Shown: piece after piece, positions 35,523 through 50,500 of the stretch
Position numbering within the stretch: the first letter of the stretch is position 1
Layout: every line of letters starts with the position of its first letter
Assembly (NCBI RefSeq): GCF_052425735.1
Contig: NC_135769.1
Span: 12,090,001 to 12,154,000, forward strand
Length of the DNA: 64,000 nucleotides
Reading direction: 5' to 3'
DNA from: Oculina patagonica
Lineage: Eukaryota
Made by a program: the position numbers and the translations under genes
Notes under the pieces: generated by a model
Databases searched by the model: none
What the model was told of the DNA's origin: nothing
The model's input: only the letters and a program-made list of their open reading frames with translations

Positions 35523-38500
35523 TCATCTGTAGTACCAGTGAAAGAATCCTTGAGTTATTACAAACATAAGCAGTAAGAGCCAGTCTTTGAACTGAAGTGT
35601 AGCAAGGTCGTCCTGATGAGAGGAATAATGTCGACGCAGGTCGCTTCTAATCGCCCTCATCTGTTGCACGCATTCCTTCTGTAAATCCTTCAGCGGTTGA
35701 AACACCTTCTCTAGACTCGCCACGTCAATGTTTTCCTTGATGCTCGAATCATCGTCATCATCCTCGACACTACTCGAGTGCTCGGCTTCGGGATCGGGCG
35801 TCGACGTACCCGAGCGGTCCATCGAGCTCCGTCGTGATCCCTTCGCTTGACCACTGCCCCGTGATCGACCCGACGAGGGACGTTTTCGTTTTGATATGGG
35901 TTTCTTGATCTGATCTGGTGTTTGGACACTAAGTAGGCTGGTTGTTCTAACCATTGGCGCTTTAAGTCTGTACTGGGTCTTGATGATACCTTCATACTCA
36001 TACTCCTTTAGGTCTGTCATCGGGTCCCAAGGTCGAACGCTAAAAAATAAATCAAACCAATATAAAAGTGTTGAAAGGATGTATGGGAAGCAGGGATGGC
36101 GCAGTGATAAGAGTGCTCGCCTCCCACCAGTGTGGCGTGGGTTCGATTCCGGTGTCATATGTGGGTTGAGTTTGTTGTTGGTTCTCGCGTTGCTCCGAGG
36201 GTTGCTTCTCCGAGGGTTGCTTCTCTGGTTTTCCTCCCTCTTGAAAAACTAACATTTTCAAATTCCAATTCGATTTGGATAGGGGACCCGCATGAAAAGC
36301 AGCTGGGGCTTTTTTTTTCTAGAATTGCTGGGCTAATTGTGACTATTTGCCGGCCAGTGTCGCTAATCACTCGTCAAGTAAAGGTTTTGGACTGAAATGA
36401 TAACTTTTGGGATTGCGAGAATAACATTGTTCAAGGGATGGGAAGGTGGGTAAGACTAACCGAAGAGGAGGCGGCGTGGCCAAGTGGTTAGGGCGCTGGA
36501 CTTGGATTTGTGTTCGGTGGTAACGAAATCAACTCCTCCACACTTTGACCATATAGCCAGCTGGTCAGCCTCCTACCAGATGGAATTTTTTAACAAGTTT
36601 CTATTTATCTACATGTTTGTTTGTTTATTTATTCAAGGGCTACATTGTAGACTACTGGGACACCAGTAATTGTGTTTACCCTGTAAAGTTAATTTTTTTA
36701 ACCGCATCCGATACAAGAAAAGATGGTGAATATAAATGACAGTTTTACTAGTCACTTACTCTCTGTATTTGTAAAGCCATCTATTGATAGCATTAGGAGC
36801 TGCTGGATCTCGTTCAAACAGTTTAGGAATCCATTCCACCCCTGCTTCTCTCCTCTCCCTGTGACCTTTCCGCTGAGCTTCTTCAAGAATAAACTTCTCA
36901 TTTGTGGCCTTTTCCTGAAGAAAATCACAAGGACACAAGTATTCTTAGGTAAAATAATAAAGTAGAAGCTTGGATCAAAAACTGTTTCGTTTTGAAGCGC
37001 CGTTTCTCGCTTACTTTTGTCGTCAAATACAATCAATTATATCTGGACTGCAATCGTTGCACGTTCTTAATATCATATCAAAAAATTAATCATATATAGT
37101 ACATCAGCTCCCCAAAATGCCCATTAGGCCTCAGACAGCATCCACCTTTCTTTGTATAATAGATTTTATTAGACTCAGCTTTGTTTTTCGAGCTCGACTA
37201 CCAAAAAGAGTGACAATGAGGATCTGCAGACAAGGATTGTTCTCCTACCTGGTCATTTATCCTGATGGCATCTCCGACATGGGTCCATAACCTGTAAATT
37301 AGATTGTGACATTTGGTGAATGTTACACACGGTGGCGTACAATGCAGTACAGGATTGTCGAACTCTTTTTAACATAATTTCGTGAAGATCAATTTCAATT
37401 TGAAGTACGATTTCTGTGAGAGTCGGAGAAAGGTTTGGGGGCGGGGGGAGAGGAGGGGCTTATAACAGGGGTGGAAGAATAGGACTCTAATTACAATCGG
37501 GAACTTGCGTGTATAAGCGGGAAGGGGGGGGGGGGGTTATTATAATCGGGAGTTGATTGTATCTTAATTTAAAAAGTGGTGAGCTTGCATGCCAAAACTG
37601 CACAACAGTATAATCTTGAAAGGTAACCATTCAGTTGCGTATTCTTCGAACAGTTTTCCACTTGACAGATTAAAGCACAACATGAATGAGGTTATTTTAT
37701 TTCTGTGAGAGCGTTAGTAAGTTAAAAAGAAAAGGTTGGAGGGGAGCGGGTTTTAACGGGGGTGGATGTGTAGGACTCTAACTACTGATAAACAGCAACT
37801 TACATGTATAAGCAGGAGGGGATTATTATAACCGGGAGTTTACTGTATTTATTGTTTATTGCATTGTCCTTGTTGAAAGTTAACTTAGAAGTATTTCACT
37901 TGCACGGCATTCAGTTGCGTATTCTTCAAACACTTGACAGGTTATAAGGAGAAGCCACGAGCCAAGCGGCCCACACTGCCGGAGCTTATCCCGGTTTCCG
38001 TAGCATTAAGCGGCTAGGAATATTTCTACTCCCCCCTGAATGGGATGCTAGTCCATTGCAGGGTTCCCCCCCAGCATTATGTCGCCGGTACCCATTTATA
38101 CACCTGGGTGGAGAGAGGCACTTTGAGAGTAAAGTGTCTTGCCCAAGAACACAACACAAGTGACCCCGGCCGGGGCTTGAACTCGAACCGCTCGATCCGG
38201 AGTCCGGCGCTCTAACCATTAGGCCACCGCGCCTCCCATTGACAGATTATAACACTACATAAATACAGTCAACTCTCTCTTAAGGACACCTTTCTAAGAC
38301 GGACAGTTGGAGCCCGCCCGACGGTGTCCGTCTTAGAGAACACGTTATGTCACACTACTTACTTCTCAGACTCGAATTCTCCCTGAGTGCTGTACTCCAC
38401 CAAGTGTCTTGGAAGTCTCTGCTGTCTGATTTCAGGAGTTGGATCCCAAAACAGTTCAGGCAGAGGTTCGATCTCCTAAAAGAAATGCAGATTTGAATAT

Positions 38501-41500
38501 TTTTGTAATTATCACATGAAAAGAAGTATCAGCGGTGAAAAAAACCTAAGGGGTTCTTCACTACATGAACAGTGCAAAAAGAATCACTAGTGAATTCGTA
38601 TGTACAAGAAAATTCTCCATCTCTCTGAATAATGTTGAAGTAGGAAAAGGATTCAGAAGCAAGTCTCACTTACCCCTGCAGGAATTGGCGACTTCAAGTC
38701 TGTGATAACGATCTCGCCGTCCTAAAATAAAAAGAAAGAAACAATGAAAAAATATTACTGGGAAAATCAAATAGCAATGAGATTCTAAATACACTGGTAT
38801 TTGTTTCTATCCATTTATTTATTGTTTAAGTAATTTAGTAATTTTGCGGTTCAAATAAACGTTGTTGTTGTTGTTGTTGTAGCAAAGCTACATTGTAGTC
38901 CTCTTTTCCAAAATCTTCTCGCTGCCTTGCCACTCGTTTTTCAGGTTTCCAGCCGATATTATTTGGCCACCACTCAACAAGATCCGTAAAATAACAGTTA
39001 AAATAACACATCTAATAAGGGACTGGTCAAAAAGTACCAGGGGGGGGGGGGGTGGGCCGGAGCAATTGGAAAAGTGATGGTTCGAAAATTTGTGACCCAC
39101 CCCTTCCTCCTGGCTCAAAACTGATTGACCCACCCCTGGTAGGGGGTTAAAAATTACATGACCCACCCCCTTTGCTAAAACAAATCAAGGAACCAATCTT
39201 TTCTTTATTATCCGTTAAGGGTTGGAGGTTTTTGATTTGACATAAGTTTTTAAGTGAAATTACCTACATGTACATATAACACCCTGATTCTCCCTAATGG
39301 ACACTGCTGTTCCTGGTACGTCTTTTCCCGTTTCTTAACACAGTAAAGAAGAATGAATCTATCACTTCTTATACTAGTCTGTTGTAAGTTTATTTGAGTT
39401 TACTGGTATTAAAAGGCTGAAAGCCCAGCGTGAATCTATGAAGGTTGGAGAGAGACAGGCAAACCTTATTTTATGATCACAAACCATCTAGGGGGGTCAG
39501 GGGGCATGCTCCCCCGGGAAATTTTTATACTGATGACCCACCCCCTTTCTGCTCCGGCCCACCCCCCCCCCCTGTACTTTTTGACCAGTCCCTAAATAAC
39601 AGTTGCGATGAATAGTAAGTAGACATACTCACCCATTTGCCTTCTATTCTACATAGTGTTTCCTTGCCCATCTTTATCTTGCCAGCAATGTAATTGGATT
39701 CTCCACTCTTTTTCCAAAAGGGCTACAAAAAAAGGAACAGTACGATATTTTAAAAAAACAACCTTCCACATTCCTAAAGATGCCTTGATACACATGATAC
39801 TGCCTGGGCGTTTGTCCAGTGTAACAGTACACGAGGAAAGTTCGTGCAGTCCTTGTTTACAAAATTTATTTCATTGCGGGCCCAAGAGAGGCCCGCAACC
39901 CTAATCTTGACAGTGACCAGCGGATTGCGTATGACGCGTGCGCGCCACGTTTTTAAAAGACTAGCTGCAAAGCGGAAGTTGAAAATTTTGTTCTTCCACT
40001 AAGAACGATCAGAATGCGAAAAATGTGTCAATCACAACAGTTTGTCGAAACACCGGAAGTTGAAAATCTGTTCATGTGTCAAATGTTCATGTGTTCATGT
40101 GTCAAATGTCGAAAAATGTGTCAATGTCAACAGTTTGTCACATAAGATCTAGGCTTCTGTCACATGGAAGAAACACTACGTTTTGCAGACGTTGTTCAGG
40201 CGTTGGTTTTGAGAAGATTTGCTGTGATTGTATTACAGATAAACCAGAGCAAAACGACAACAACAGTTATTTAATCTCGAAAAATTCCTTACAACACTGA
40301 CAACAGAGCGAGTTCACCGACAGAGGAAAATCACATCTTAATTGCACCGCGTGCTCGATTAAATCATGCATTCCTCGCGTGACGCGTTACTTTTGTCCAG
40401 TGATTTGTCAATTATCAATCCTTAATCTTCGACCATGAACGGTTAAAGCACATGCAAAAGGATCTGAAAATGTATCGTTCAAACACTGGGAAGTTGAGAA
40501 TTTTTTTCCTCCACAAAGAACGATTAGAATCCGAAAACAAAAGTTTGTCGAGGCCCGCACTTTCTAACCTGTGGTTACCACTAGTAATAGCTGTTAATTA
40601 TGCTTATTCGCCCAATGAAAAAACAATACCATAAGTTATCACCAGTATATAAAAAGAAAGACAGAAATCAAAATTGAACAAAAAGATGTTTCCACTCAAG
40701 AAGTTCAAACGTCTGCAACTAAAGACACGTACTTCTGTCATATATTTTATGGTTTCTGAATGTCAGAGCCTCCATAAATTTATCGAATTATGCTAATAAA
40801 GTAAATTATGTCAACAATTTTTTTACCCATACGTACTTTGAGTTTGAATTCAATTTCAGCCTTGTACCCAGTCTTCTCACAGTTGATGGTAACGACTCCT
40901 CCTAATTCCATCGTTAACGTGCCGATCAAAATACCTGGAAAAAAGAAAAGAAATACTGTAAGCTCAAATGTACAACATCAACTAGGCTCCTTCCCAGCCG
41001 TTGTTTGGGTTTGTCAAACAACGTTCCCTCATGGGAAGAAGCATGGTAAACGATTTTCTAAATACCCAGACATTTTTAATGATACGTTGTTGCTGTGCAG
41101 AAGTCAGCTAAGAAATGTGATGCACCAAAACATGGTTGCCACAGACATCAGTTTTCAGCTTTCAAAATTCCCCGACTTCTCCCTGATAAAAATAAAATTT
41201 CCCTGACCGAATAAATAAAATGTCAGATATAGCAGCAACCTTCAGCCTCTGCTTCAAAAACAAAACGTTGTTGTGATCACAGTGACCTGAAATGTTTCTT
41301 CCAACCATCAATGGTATCAAATCAGAGGTGTTGTAATTTCAATTTGCCCTGACTTTCTTCAGAATGTCAATTTTCACTGACTCAGAATAAAATTCCATGA
41401 CTTTTCCCTGAGCTACAAGAATTTTGTTTCCCTGACCATTTCCTGACCTGTGCCAACCCAGCCTGCAGGTGTATAGCTCGTGCAAAGCCATTGTAATGTA

Positions 41501-44500
41501 AACCTTTTTATCTTATCAGAGTTTAAATATAAACGAACCTTTACAGTGTGCATAAGGCATGGTCATCACATAGTCCTCTCCAAACCTCAAAAGAGTCATT
41601 GTACCAACTCCATCTAAAATGGCAGATGACGAATTTCCTGTGCAAAAAAACATACCGTACATCTTTAATATTGAACGATTGAAAAATGGACAAATGTAGA
41701 ATCTTGAGTTTTGTGCTTTCAAGTTTAAACACAGATGCATTTGAAAGTTGAAGTTGAATTCTTAAACTAAATTACCCAGAAAGATCTCCAATTAGAAATG
41801 GAGCACTAAGACCGTAAATAAAAGTACTGTAAGCATGTACATTGCATGGGAACTCAAATAGAGTAAGATATTGTACATGTCGGATGAAGAAATTTCTTTG
41901 AAAAGTTTAAAGAAAGTTTCATATGTCATTTAGTTACAAATAAAATCAAGAAAAATCAAGAATAGAGACCCTTTCCACCTTCATTTATTCACAACTAGTT
42001 TTGCACATAAATACGTTGGTGATGGTTCTTCTTTTGCCAATATCACAAAACTAGAGCTCACCATAAAATTTCGACTTGGCCAGACATGAGCAGTTGACGA
42101 CAAACCCTTCTTTTCTGTTTGACAAATAGAATGCCGACACAGGTGGATGATGGGACACCTGTTCAGCTACAAAGTGTGTCTTGGTGCCGTTAGGATGAAG
42201 CCAGTAGCACCGAAATGTCTCACCCAGAATAGGGTTGTAAGGTTTCTTTAAACCCTAGGAATGAACATGCAAATGAAATTGTTATTCAATTGTCAAACAC
42301 GTAACTAAGAGTGGTTTTCACTTGAGTGTCGAAAGTAATTCGCATTTGCATTGGTTTTGCATTACTACGCTTAGTAATAAGTTTAAGGCTCTCGAACCAC
42401 CAACTATCTCAGCCAATCCGAAGTAAAACCAAAACCAAGCATGACTTGCTTGTGCACGTTTTCCCGTGCTTTCAAGACATGCTGGCAACATGTATTTGCT
42501 TTGAGTTTTGATTGGTTCCCCGGTTTGTCTGTGTTTTTCGTGATTGGCCAGAGTGATTACTTTGGTTTAGCCTGCGTAGCAGGCGTCTGAGTAGTTTTTG
42601 TAGCGCGCGTATGGGAGAAACGCGAAAGGCGCGAGAGGGCCACGCGAGGGAAAAATTAAACGCGCTGAAAACTACACAGACGCCTGCTACGCAGGCTAAC
42701 TTTGGTTTTGGTTCTAGGACACTGAACGGTAATTATGCCCGGGAGACACAAATTTGGTTGCAATGAACCTATGATTTTGTCATTTAAATCTATAAAATAA
42801 TTTCTTTGCAAACATTCAGTTTCATAACGAGTATTTGGTGAGAAATGATAAAATAAACAAAACTTAGCTGTGACACAATCCCTTTAATTCTACCATTATT
42901 AATTTGTTTCCCACTCTTAAAATTGTACAGATTTTGTCAGTCACTAACCTTTGGTTTCTTGTAGAATCCTGACACATACCACCTCACTACTTCTTTCATC
43001 CTGCTGTAGGCATTCTCTTCTCTAGCAGCTCTACAAACAACAACCAACCAAAGAAATTATTAACTACAGAAATTACTTTGCTTTAATTCACCACAAAACA
43101 CACAAACAACCTTACTCTAATCCTAACCAACATTATTTAACTGAATTGTTGGTGCTCGACCTCAAAACTTTCTTTACTGAAAGGAGAGTTTCCTTTTAAT
43201 CAAGACATTTGCCTAAAGGCCGATTTACACAGTACAATTTTGTCGCAAGCGACATGCTTGAGACATGCTTACAACAGACCTACGGCACAAATTGTGCCGT
43301 GTAAATCGAACCTACAACTCGCTTTCGGCTGTCGTAGGCGTGTGGTAAGCTTGTCGCATGCGACAAAATCGTACCGTGTAAATTGCCCTTAAGATGTTCA
43401 GATGCTGTACTGCAGTTACTTGCCTACTCATTAAAGTGACCATTGCAAGTATAACATTACAGCTAATGCAAGTGTCGTGTCTACCAATACATGTAAATAC
43501 ATGCCAGTGGGACAAGGAAAATTATTTACCTGGACAAAATATCAGCATGGAAATAGAAGTCAGACAGCTTGTCTAAAAATGACCTGGGTTCCAGAATAAA
43601 GGTTGGTAAAGTAACTCTAGAAAGGTCCATGCCTGGTTTCACCTGTTAAATAACACACACAGAACTCATGATTTAAACTCTACATCACTAATAATGTCAC
43701 ATTTCAGTAATACATACTTTAAATAATAATTGCTTTAAACAGTTATTGTTTAAGAACGATATTATTGTTATAACTCTTCCCAGTCAATCACCCTTTGATA
43801 AAATGAAAATGTATTGCATGCATTTATATACCACTGCACAAATCAACTCCTAAACAGTGATGAAAAAAAGGTGATCATGCAGTCACATTTATATGCACAT
43901 TCTAGAAGCAATGTAGATGTGTAAAATAGAGTTGTGACCTCATGAGCAGTTTTCAGTTGGAAGAGCAGTCAACCAAAAAAAAAAGTTTTTAGAAGACTGC
44001 ATGTAATAAGCAATTATTGGATGAGGTTGAGCATGATATCGTGAATAATTCACGATATCATGCTCAACCTCATCCAATAATTGCTTATTACATGCAGTCT
44101 TCAAAACCTCGTGTCTGTGTTATCTGCCGAAGCCGAATAATAAAACAATAGCCCATTTCCGAGTTCTTGCATTTTAGAGATCTGGTGCCGACTCATGAGA
44201 TCGAGGCTAAGTGCCTTGCATCCCATCAAACAAATTGTCAACGAAACACATTTTGCACATAGAAAAACTGTAATTAAGCAGCGCTTTACAAGATTTCGGA
44301 CGATCTTCACAACCTACGAATATCGCAGGATATCTGTCATGTACAAATGACAGATATTGTCAACATTTTGACCATATATGGGCAGCGTGCGCATCTGTTG
44401 AATAATAATTCACGATATCAGGCGAAAACCGAATTCAATAATTGTTTTATTATACGTTTTCACACAATTTGCCATCACTTTTTCTAGTGCCGATGTAAAA

Positions 44501-47500
44501 CTTCGTCAGAACATTGGCCAAAGCGGTTTTATCTTGTGGTTCCTCCAGGTTCTTCTCCCTAAAATAATCATTCAGAAATTTTACACTTGTGTTTGTTGTT
44601 CTCTTGGTGTTTTTAGAATCTTTATTAGCGATTAAAACTTTCAATTCCTCTTCCGAAACGGAGGCGAATCGTTCAGCCATATTTTCAAAAGTTTGACAGC
44701 ACTACACGGACGAGGGACTTGGAAACTAGGCGGACTTTGAACTCGACATGATAACCCAATATCTGCTGCAGATATTGGGTTATCATGTCGAGTTCACATG
44801 CTACTGTATATTGACTGAATGCTCTTGACCAATCACGTGTTTCAAAGTAATTCTAATGTATAATAATGAGAATTATACTAGGGCCGCGAAGTGGTCTGAA
44901 GTAATAATTCGGATTATATTTATTTAACAGACGAAGAGAGAAATATATGAGAAAACAAAGGTTTAAAGCACTAACTGGGAAATTCCTACCATTTGTTTTC
45001 TCATATATTTCGAACGGAGTCTGTGAAATATAATTAATATAACTTTCAAAATAGTAATAATATTGTAATGGATTGAGCTGTAATGAAACGTAATGTAAAT
45101 ATTACTAAACTTTGAAGAACTTAATTGACTATGTAGATTATAAGATTAAATCCCAGGGCCCTGAGGTTAAATCATCTTAAGTTAGCAGTAGTAGGTTTTT
45201 TAATTGTTTTGTATTTATAGCTTATGTTCTGGCCATCGCTGTTGAAATGCAACCTATCTGGAATTTGCATTACTGTGGTTTAATAAAGATTACATTGCAT
45301 TGTTACACAATTTAGGACAGACAATCTATGTCTACAATCTAACCTGTTTGAGAAGTGCCCACAGAATGCTTTTGTTTTCATCTTCAATCTCCTCCACCAT
45401 CTCTTCACCAGCCTATTACAAAAAAAAAAACACTTTAGCTTGATTTGTTTAGTCCTGATGATGACAGAAATTCTCCTTAATGGTCTCCATACATTTAGAT
45501 ACATTTCGATATGAGAATTTCATGATACATTAACTTGTTCAGCCTTGATGAAGCACAGAAATGACTTTTCAGTGTGGCTTAAAACTTTGATGCAATACAC
45601 ATGAAACTGAAGGAAGTATGATGGACTCACTCAAAAACTGCATTACAGTGGAACTCCGATATAACGATCCTCGATATAACGATATTCCCGATATAACAAT
45701 GAATATTCTATGTCCCAGCAAAAGTTACAGTAAAATGTATGGGACGGAACCCCGATATTACGATCTTCGATATAACGATATTCCTGATATAACGATGAGA
45801 ATTTAGCGGACCGAAACGTAAAATCCTCCCGATATAACGATATTATCAGTACACAGTCACATTTTATTTTTGCAAAACATCAAATTTAATGCAGTAACAT
45901 TACGGTAATCGAGTCATCTCTAACGTTTCTAAAAACAGCTTTGTACGATGATAAACGAAAACGATACTGTGTTCTAAGCCTTCTTATCAAAATTATTCTC
46001 TTTATCCTCCTCTTTTATGCAATAAAAAGTACTTGTTAGGTTTACCCCGATATAACGATAGTTTCGGTTATTTTACGGCCATATCGTTATATCGGGAGTT
46101 TTGATATAACGATTCTTCGATATAACGATATTATTTACTGCTCCCTTGGCATATCATTATATCGGGGTTCCACTGTATTTGTTTTTGTCAAAAAGGGCAA
46201 CCAACTTTAAAGTTTTTAACAAAGAATATTTAGTTGTTTGCTAAACAGAAAGAAACCAGGATACGTTACCTGTCCTAAGTACTCCTCGCCTTTCTCATCA
46301 ACATAAACTGTTTCTACAATAGGTCCTTCTTCCACCTCATCATCACCTTCTGTGGTAAAAAGGAGATTGTGTGGGTCAGCTAAATAATCATGATATTTAC
46401 CCAGATTAATAATTCAACATTAGGAGAACACAACCTAATCCTGTCATTATACAAAGAAAAAACAAGTGTCAGTTTGTGGTATCCAATTTACCTACCTCTG
46501 CCCAGTGGTCCTATTGTGTCATCTAATTCATTATCAGAGTCAGATTTGTCCTGCAAATAAAAATTAAAAAATTATTATTGGACGTGGTTGAGCAGAACTA
46601 TTGTAATTTATTCAAGCCAAATAAGTGAGCTGCATGACACTAGCAAATCATGACTCATTCTACTAATAGCTGTAGGATATGGGTGCAGTGGGAATGTGCC
46701 TTCATGTTCGCAAAGATACGCTGTATCACATATAAGATGAATGAAATTTACAGTAATGGATATAACACACTCAAATACACATTTTGTAAGTATTTGTCAT
46801 TTGCAAGTGATGTCAGTGATCTCAAAAGAAGAGAAAGCACTTCACGGTAAAGGTCACATAACTGATATGCAATCATGACCAGCAAACCAAATTTCTAAAT
46901 TCTTATTACTAAAAAATAAGGAAGAATAAATAAAGGACTAACCATGCCATCATTGCTGTCATCATCCTGATCTGTAATACGAAGCAAAAACATCTTAACT
47001 ATTTTTTAAACAAGGTTTTTTTTTCGCCAAAACAGCTAACAGTACACTGTAGAAGTAGAAGATAGCAAATAATCCTATCATCATGATCATTGATGGCACT
47101 TGAGATCAGCTCATAGCCATGCAAAGTAAAATTAAATCACAAGATTTTAGACAGGTTATTTTACCTTGGATGCCTGGAATTACACCCTCTTCATCTCTGT
47201 CTTCTTTGTCATCTTTGCCATACAGTTCACTCACCCTGCCATTAAGCATACATTGTATTATTGATTGTTTTTCTGCCATCAGTTCTAGTGCTTTCGTATC
47301 ATTCCACAAACATCACATGGATACACATATATTATTTTATGCAAACTTGTGTCAACATTGACACCATCTTAAGTCACTCATTCATGAGTGTTAAGTCAGG
47401 ATAAGATTGTTAGCTTGTGTCTGCTTAATTTTCTAAAGAGCTTATCATTGACTTTGATCAACATGTTACATCCTGGTATACAATGTATATTTAATTTTTT

Positions 47501-50500
47501 ATATTTTTTATATTTTTAATCATTTTAATTATATTATCTATAGTAGCTAGCATTTTTATATTGTATATATTTTAATTAATTCAGATTTTAGTTTTTAATT
47601 TCGTGAAATAACTGTAAACTAGCCGTAAAGCTAAGCTTATTTCACGCTACTAAAGTATCTATCTATAAAGTACCGGTATCTATCTATCTATTAACAGCTA
47701 TCTGACAACTTCTTCGCCTTCACCTATGTGTATTTTATAGTTTCTTTATACTGTTTAGGGAGAGGGCTTTTTATATTAACTTGTTACATTTCTGATCTGT
47801 TGCCACCGTATTGTGTATTGTAAGCAATATCTTGTAAATAGTGTTGTTATACTTGTACGAAGTATGATATTGTAAGTATTTTTCTTTTGTGTTAATTTCT
47901 AAATGAATAAAAATAAAAATAAATAAAGAGCTGATCATAGATATTATTTTACTCAAAGTCCATTGACTATGAAATATATCTACCATTTAAAACCACTGGT
48001 CATTATTCTACTTATGGACATGATTCTTTTAAGGAGAATTCTTGGAAGAAAAGCCCAATATAGCATTTGAAGGCAAGTGAAGCATGCAGACGGCAAGGTA
48101 GTGGCATCTTATTTTATATCATAGAAATGTTAAATGATTATTGTCATTATTTTTATTCATAATACATACATTCCTTTGTTGTCTTTTTGAATGCTGTATC
48201 CCTGGTTTTGAGCAACTTCTAAAGCATCCAGCCAACAGTGACCTGAATCACAAGTATTGTCTTTAGATATATTGTTTCATACAACACCGGCTCAATAAAA
48301 TCAGAGAGCTTGGCTGTTTTAAAATGCTTGACCAATCTTGTCAGCTACATTTTATAAATGTGATCTGATAACCTCCCTTACATCTGCGTTTTAAAGGAGC
48401 TATGTCATGGAGAGTGCATCGTGAAAAAACTGGCAAGTTTTTACAAGTTTGTCGTTTGTAATCCGTCTTAGTCTTCATTAGTCAAAACCATCCTCAGTTA
48501 TTTTGGCGTTTTTCTTATTCCTTTGTAGGTTTCTGTTAGAAAACTATTATTTTGAGGTTTCCTTCAATTTGAAAGAAATCAGAATAAACGGCATGCAGTG
48601 CATGCAGAGGCGATGACGTTTTCCAATGGGGTCTTAGCTAATTTTCAGGAAAATTAACGTATACTAAATAAAAGTAGCTGACAATTTCTGTGTTGAATGA
48701 TTGTTCAACAAAAAGTTGCGTTATTTTGTAGTGTGACATTTGATATAGTTTACGATATTCAATACTTCTCGCGAGCGACACGCAAGGTCAAGCGTTTCCA
48801 TTGTATTTTAAAATAAATGTAGAGATGTGATCATGTCTGTTCACTGAATTCAATAAAACTCGCAAATACATAATTTGTCTCTTTCGTTCATACTTTGTAT
48901 CAGTCCTTTCTAATTTTCCAGGAGTATTTTGCTTCGTGTTTTGCAGCGATTTCTTGTTAACTCATTCGGTTCTATTGATCGGTCGATCGCAACAGAATCG
49001 AAACAGAAAGTGGTACAAATTCCGCCCACTGCCTCTGGCATAAGGCTTGACTGACGTCATCGCCTAAAAATGACTTAAAATATTGTGACAGTGCTCCTTT
49101 ACAAAATGCCACCGCAAATCCTAAATAACCAGATGTGACACTCACCATCAGATTCTGAATCAGCTCGTAAGATAAGATAATCCTTTGGCATGGGCTGAGC
49201 AATTGAGCCTGCCATCTCCCCCTTTGGACCTTTTGTTGACCAAATGTAGTGTTCCAGGGGATGGTAGATCTTAAAACAAAATCCTTCTTTCTTGGAAGGT
49301 CTCTGTAGAATCTCGCATCCATTCAAGAGCACTGTGCCAACCCACTGTCCATGCTGTCAAATAAAAGCAGAGATACGTTAATATACAAATTCTTTTTACT
49401 AGAAACAGGGATGGCGCAGTGGTGAGAGCACTTGCCTCCCATCAATGTGGCCCGGGTTCAATTCCTGGACCAGGCACCATGTATGTGACTGGGTAATAGG
49501 TTTTTGTTGGTTCTCATCTTTGCTCCAGGGGTTTTCTCTGGGTTCTCCGGTTTGCATCCCTCCACAAAAACCAACACTTCCAAATTCCAATTTGATCGGG
49601 AATGCATGACCCCACAAGCTTCTAGCTTTAAATATTACCATGTCTAAATAAAGTTTTTTTTTTTTCACTGACATAACGGAAATAAAACTTTTTAAAATGG
49701 ATCTTGCCCAAACAAAAGATAGCAAGATCTGATCACTGGCCAGACAACAAAGAGTGTTAATTGTTTGGAACAAGTAAACTGATGTCACAAAATTGCTATA
49801 CGTTCTGACAGGACAGTTAAGGTATAAAATCGACATACTGATAGCTATTCAAAACTAGTTAAAAAAAGAACATTTTGTAAATGAGAAATGGGACACTTTT
49901 TAAAGAAATCTCAGTTAACATTTAAAAAGATTAAGAAATATATTTATCCCCCTTCCTATCAATGTTGACTCAAGAGTGACCCATTTAAACAAAATGTCAT
50001 CAAATTTTGTAGAAATTTATAAGCGTTTGTCTCAACAGTTTTGTCCAGGATTTCACTTGAGATTAACCACTAGCCCTTGGCTACTAGGGGCAAATTATGC
50101 TCTACTTTTCAACCAACAATATATCATTTTGTAAACAAAGACTGAGACCTCCTCTGAGTTTAAAATGTTTGCAAAATTTATACCTTTGCACTTTTGTAAA
50201 TAATCAGCATGCCAGGCTTCACAACACACCAGAACTTAGCCCAGCCCTTCAGTGTACCACGCACCTGGAATTTAACAAAATAACAGCATTACCTCAAATT
50301 GATAAAATGTGATTAAACACCTGTAATCACCATAAATAAATTATCAGAACTTGAAATTGGTTTTTAAAAGGCTCAGGACTTTGAGCCTCTCTGTGGGTAC
50401 TGGCAGACTCATATTTACATTGACAGTGAAGTTAGTGTAATTCAAAGCCAACAAATTTTCCCTTCAATCTAGAGTCTGAGATCTATGTTTTTTTTCCCAG

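Noticed and set aside
36040-36158. N-terminal part of ORF 35523-36158
   Set aside because: It reads through intron and SINE sequence; the real exon starts at the acceptor at 36039.
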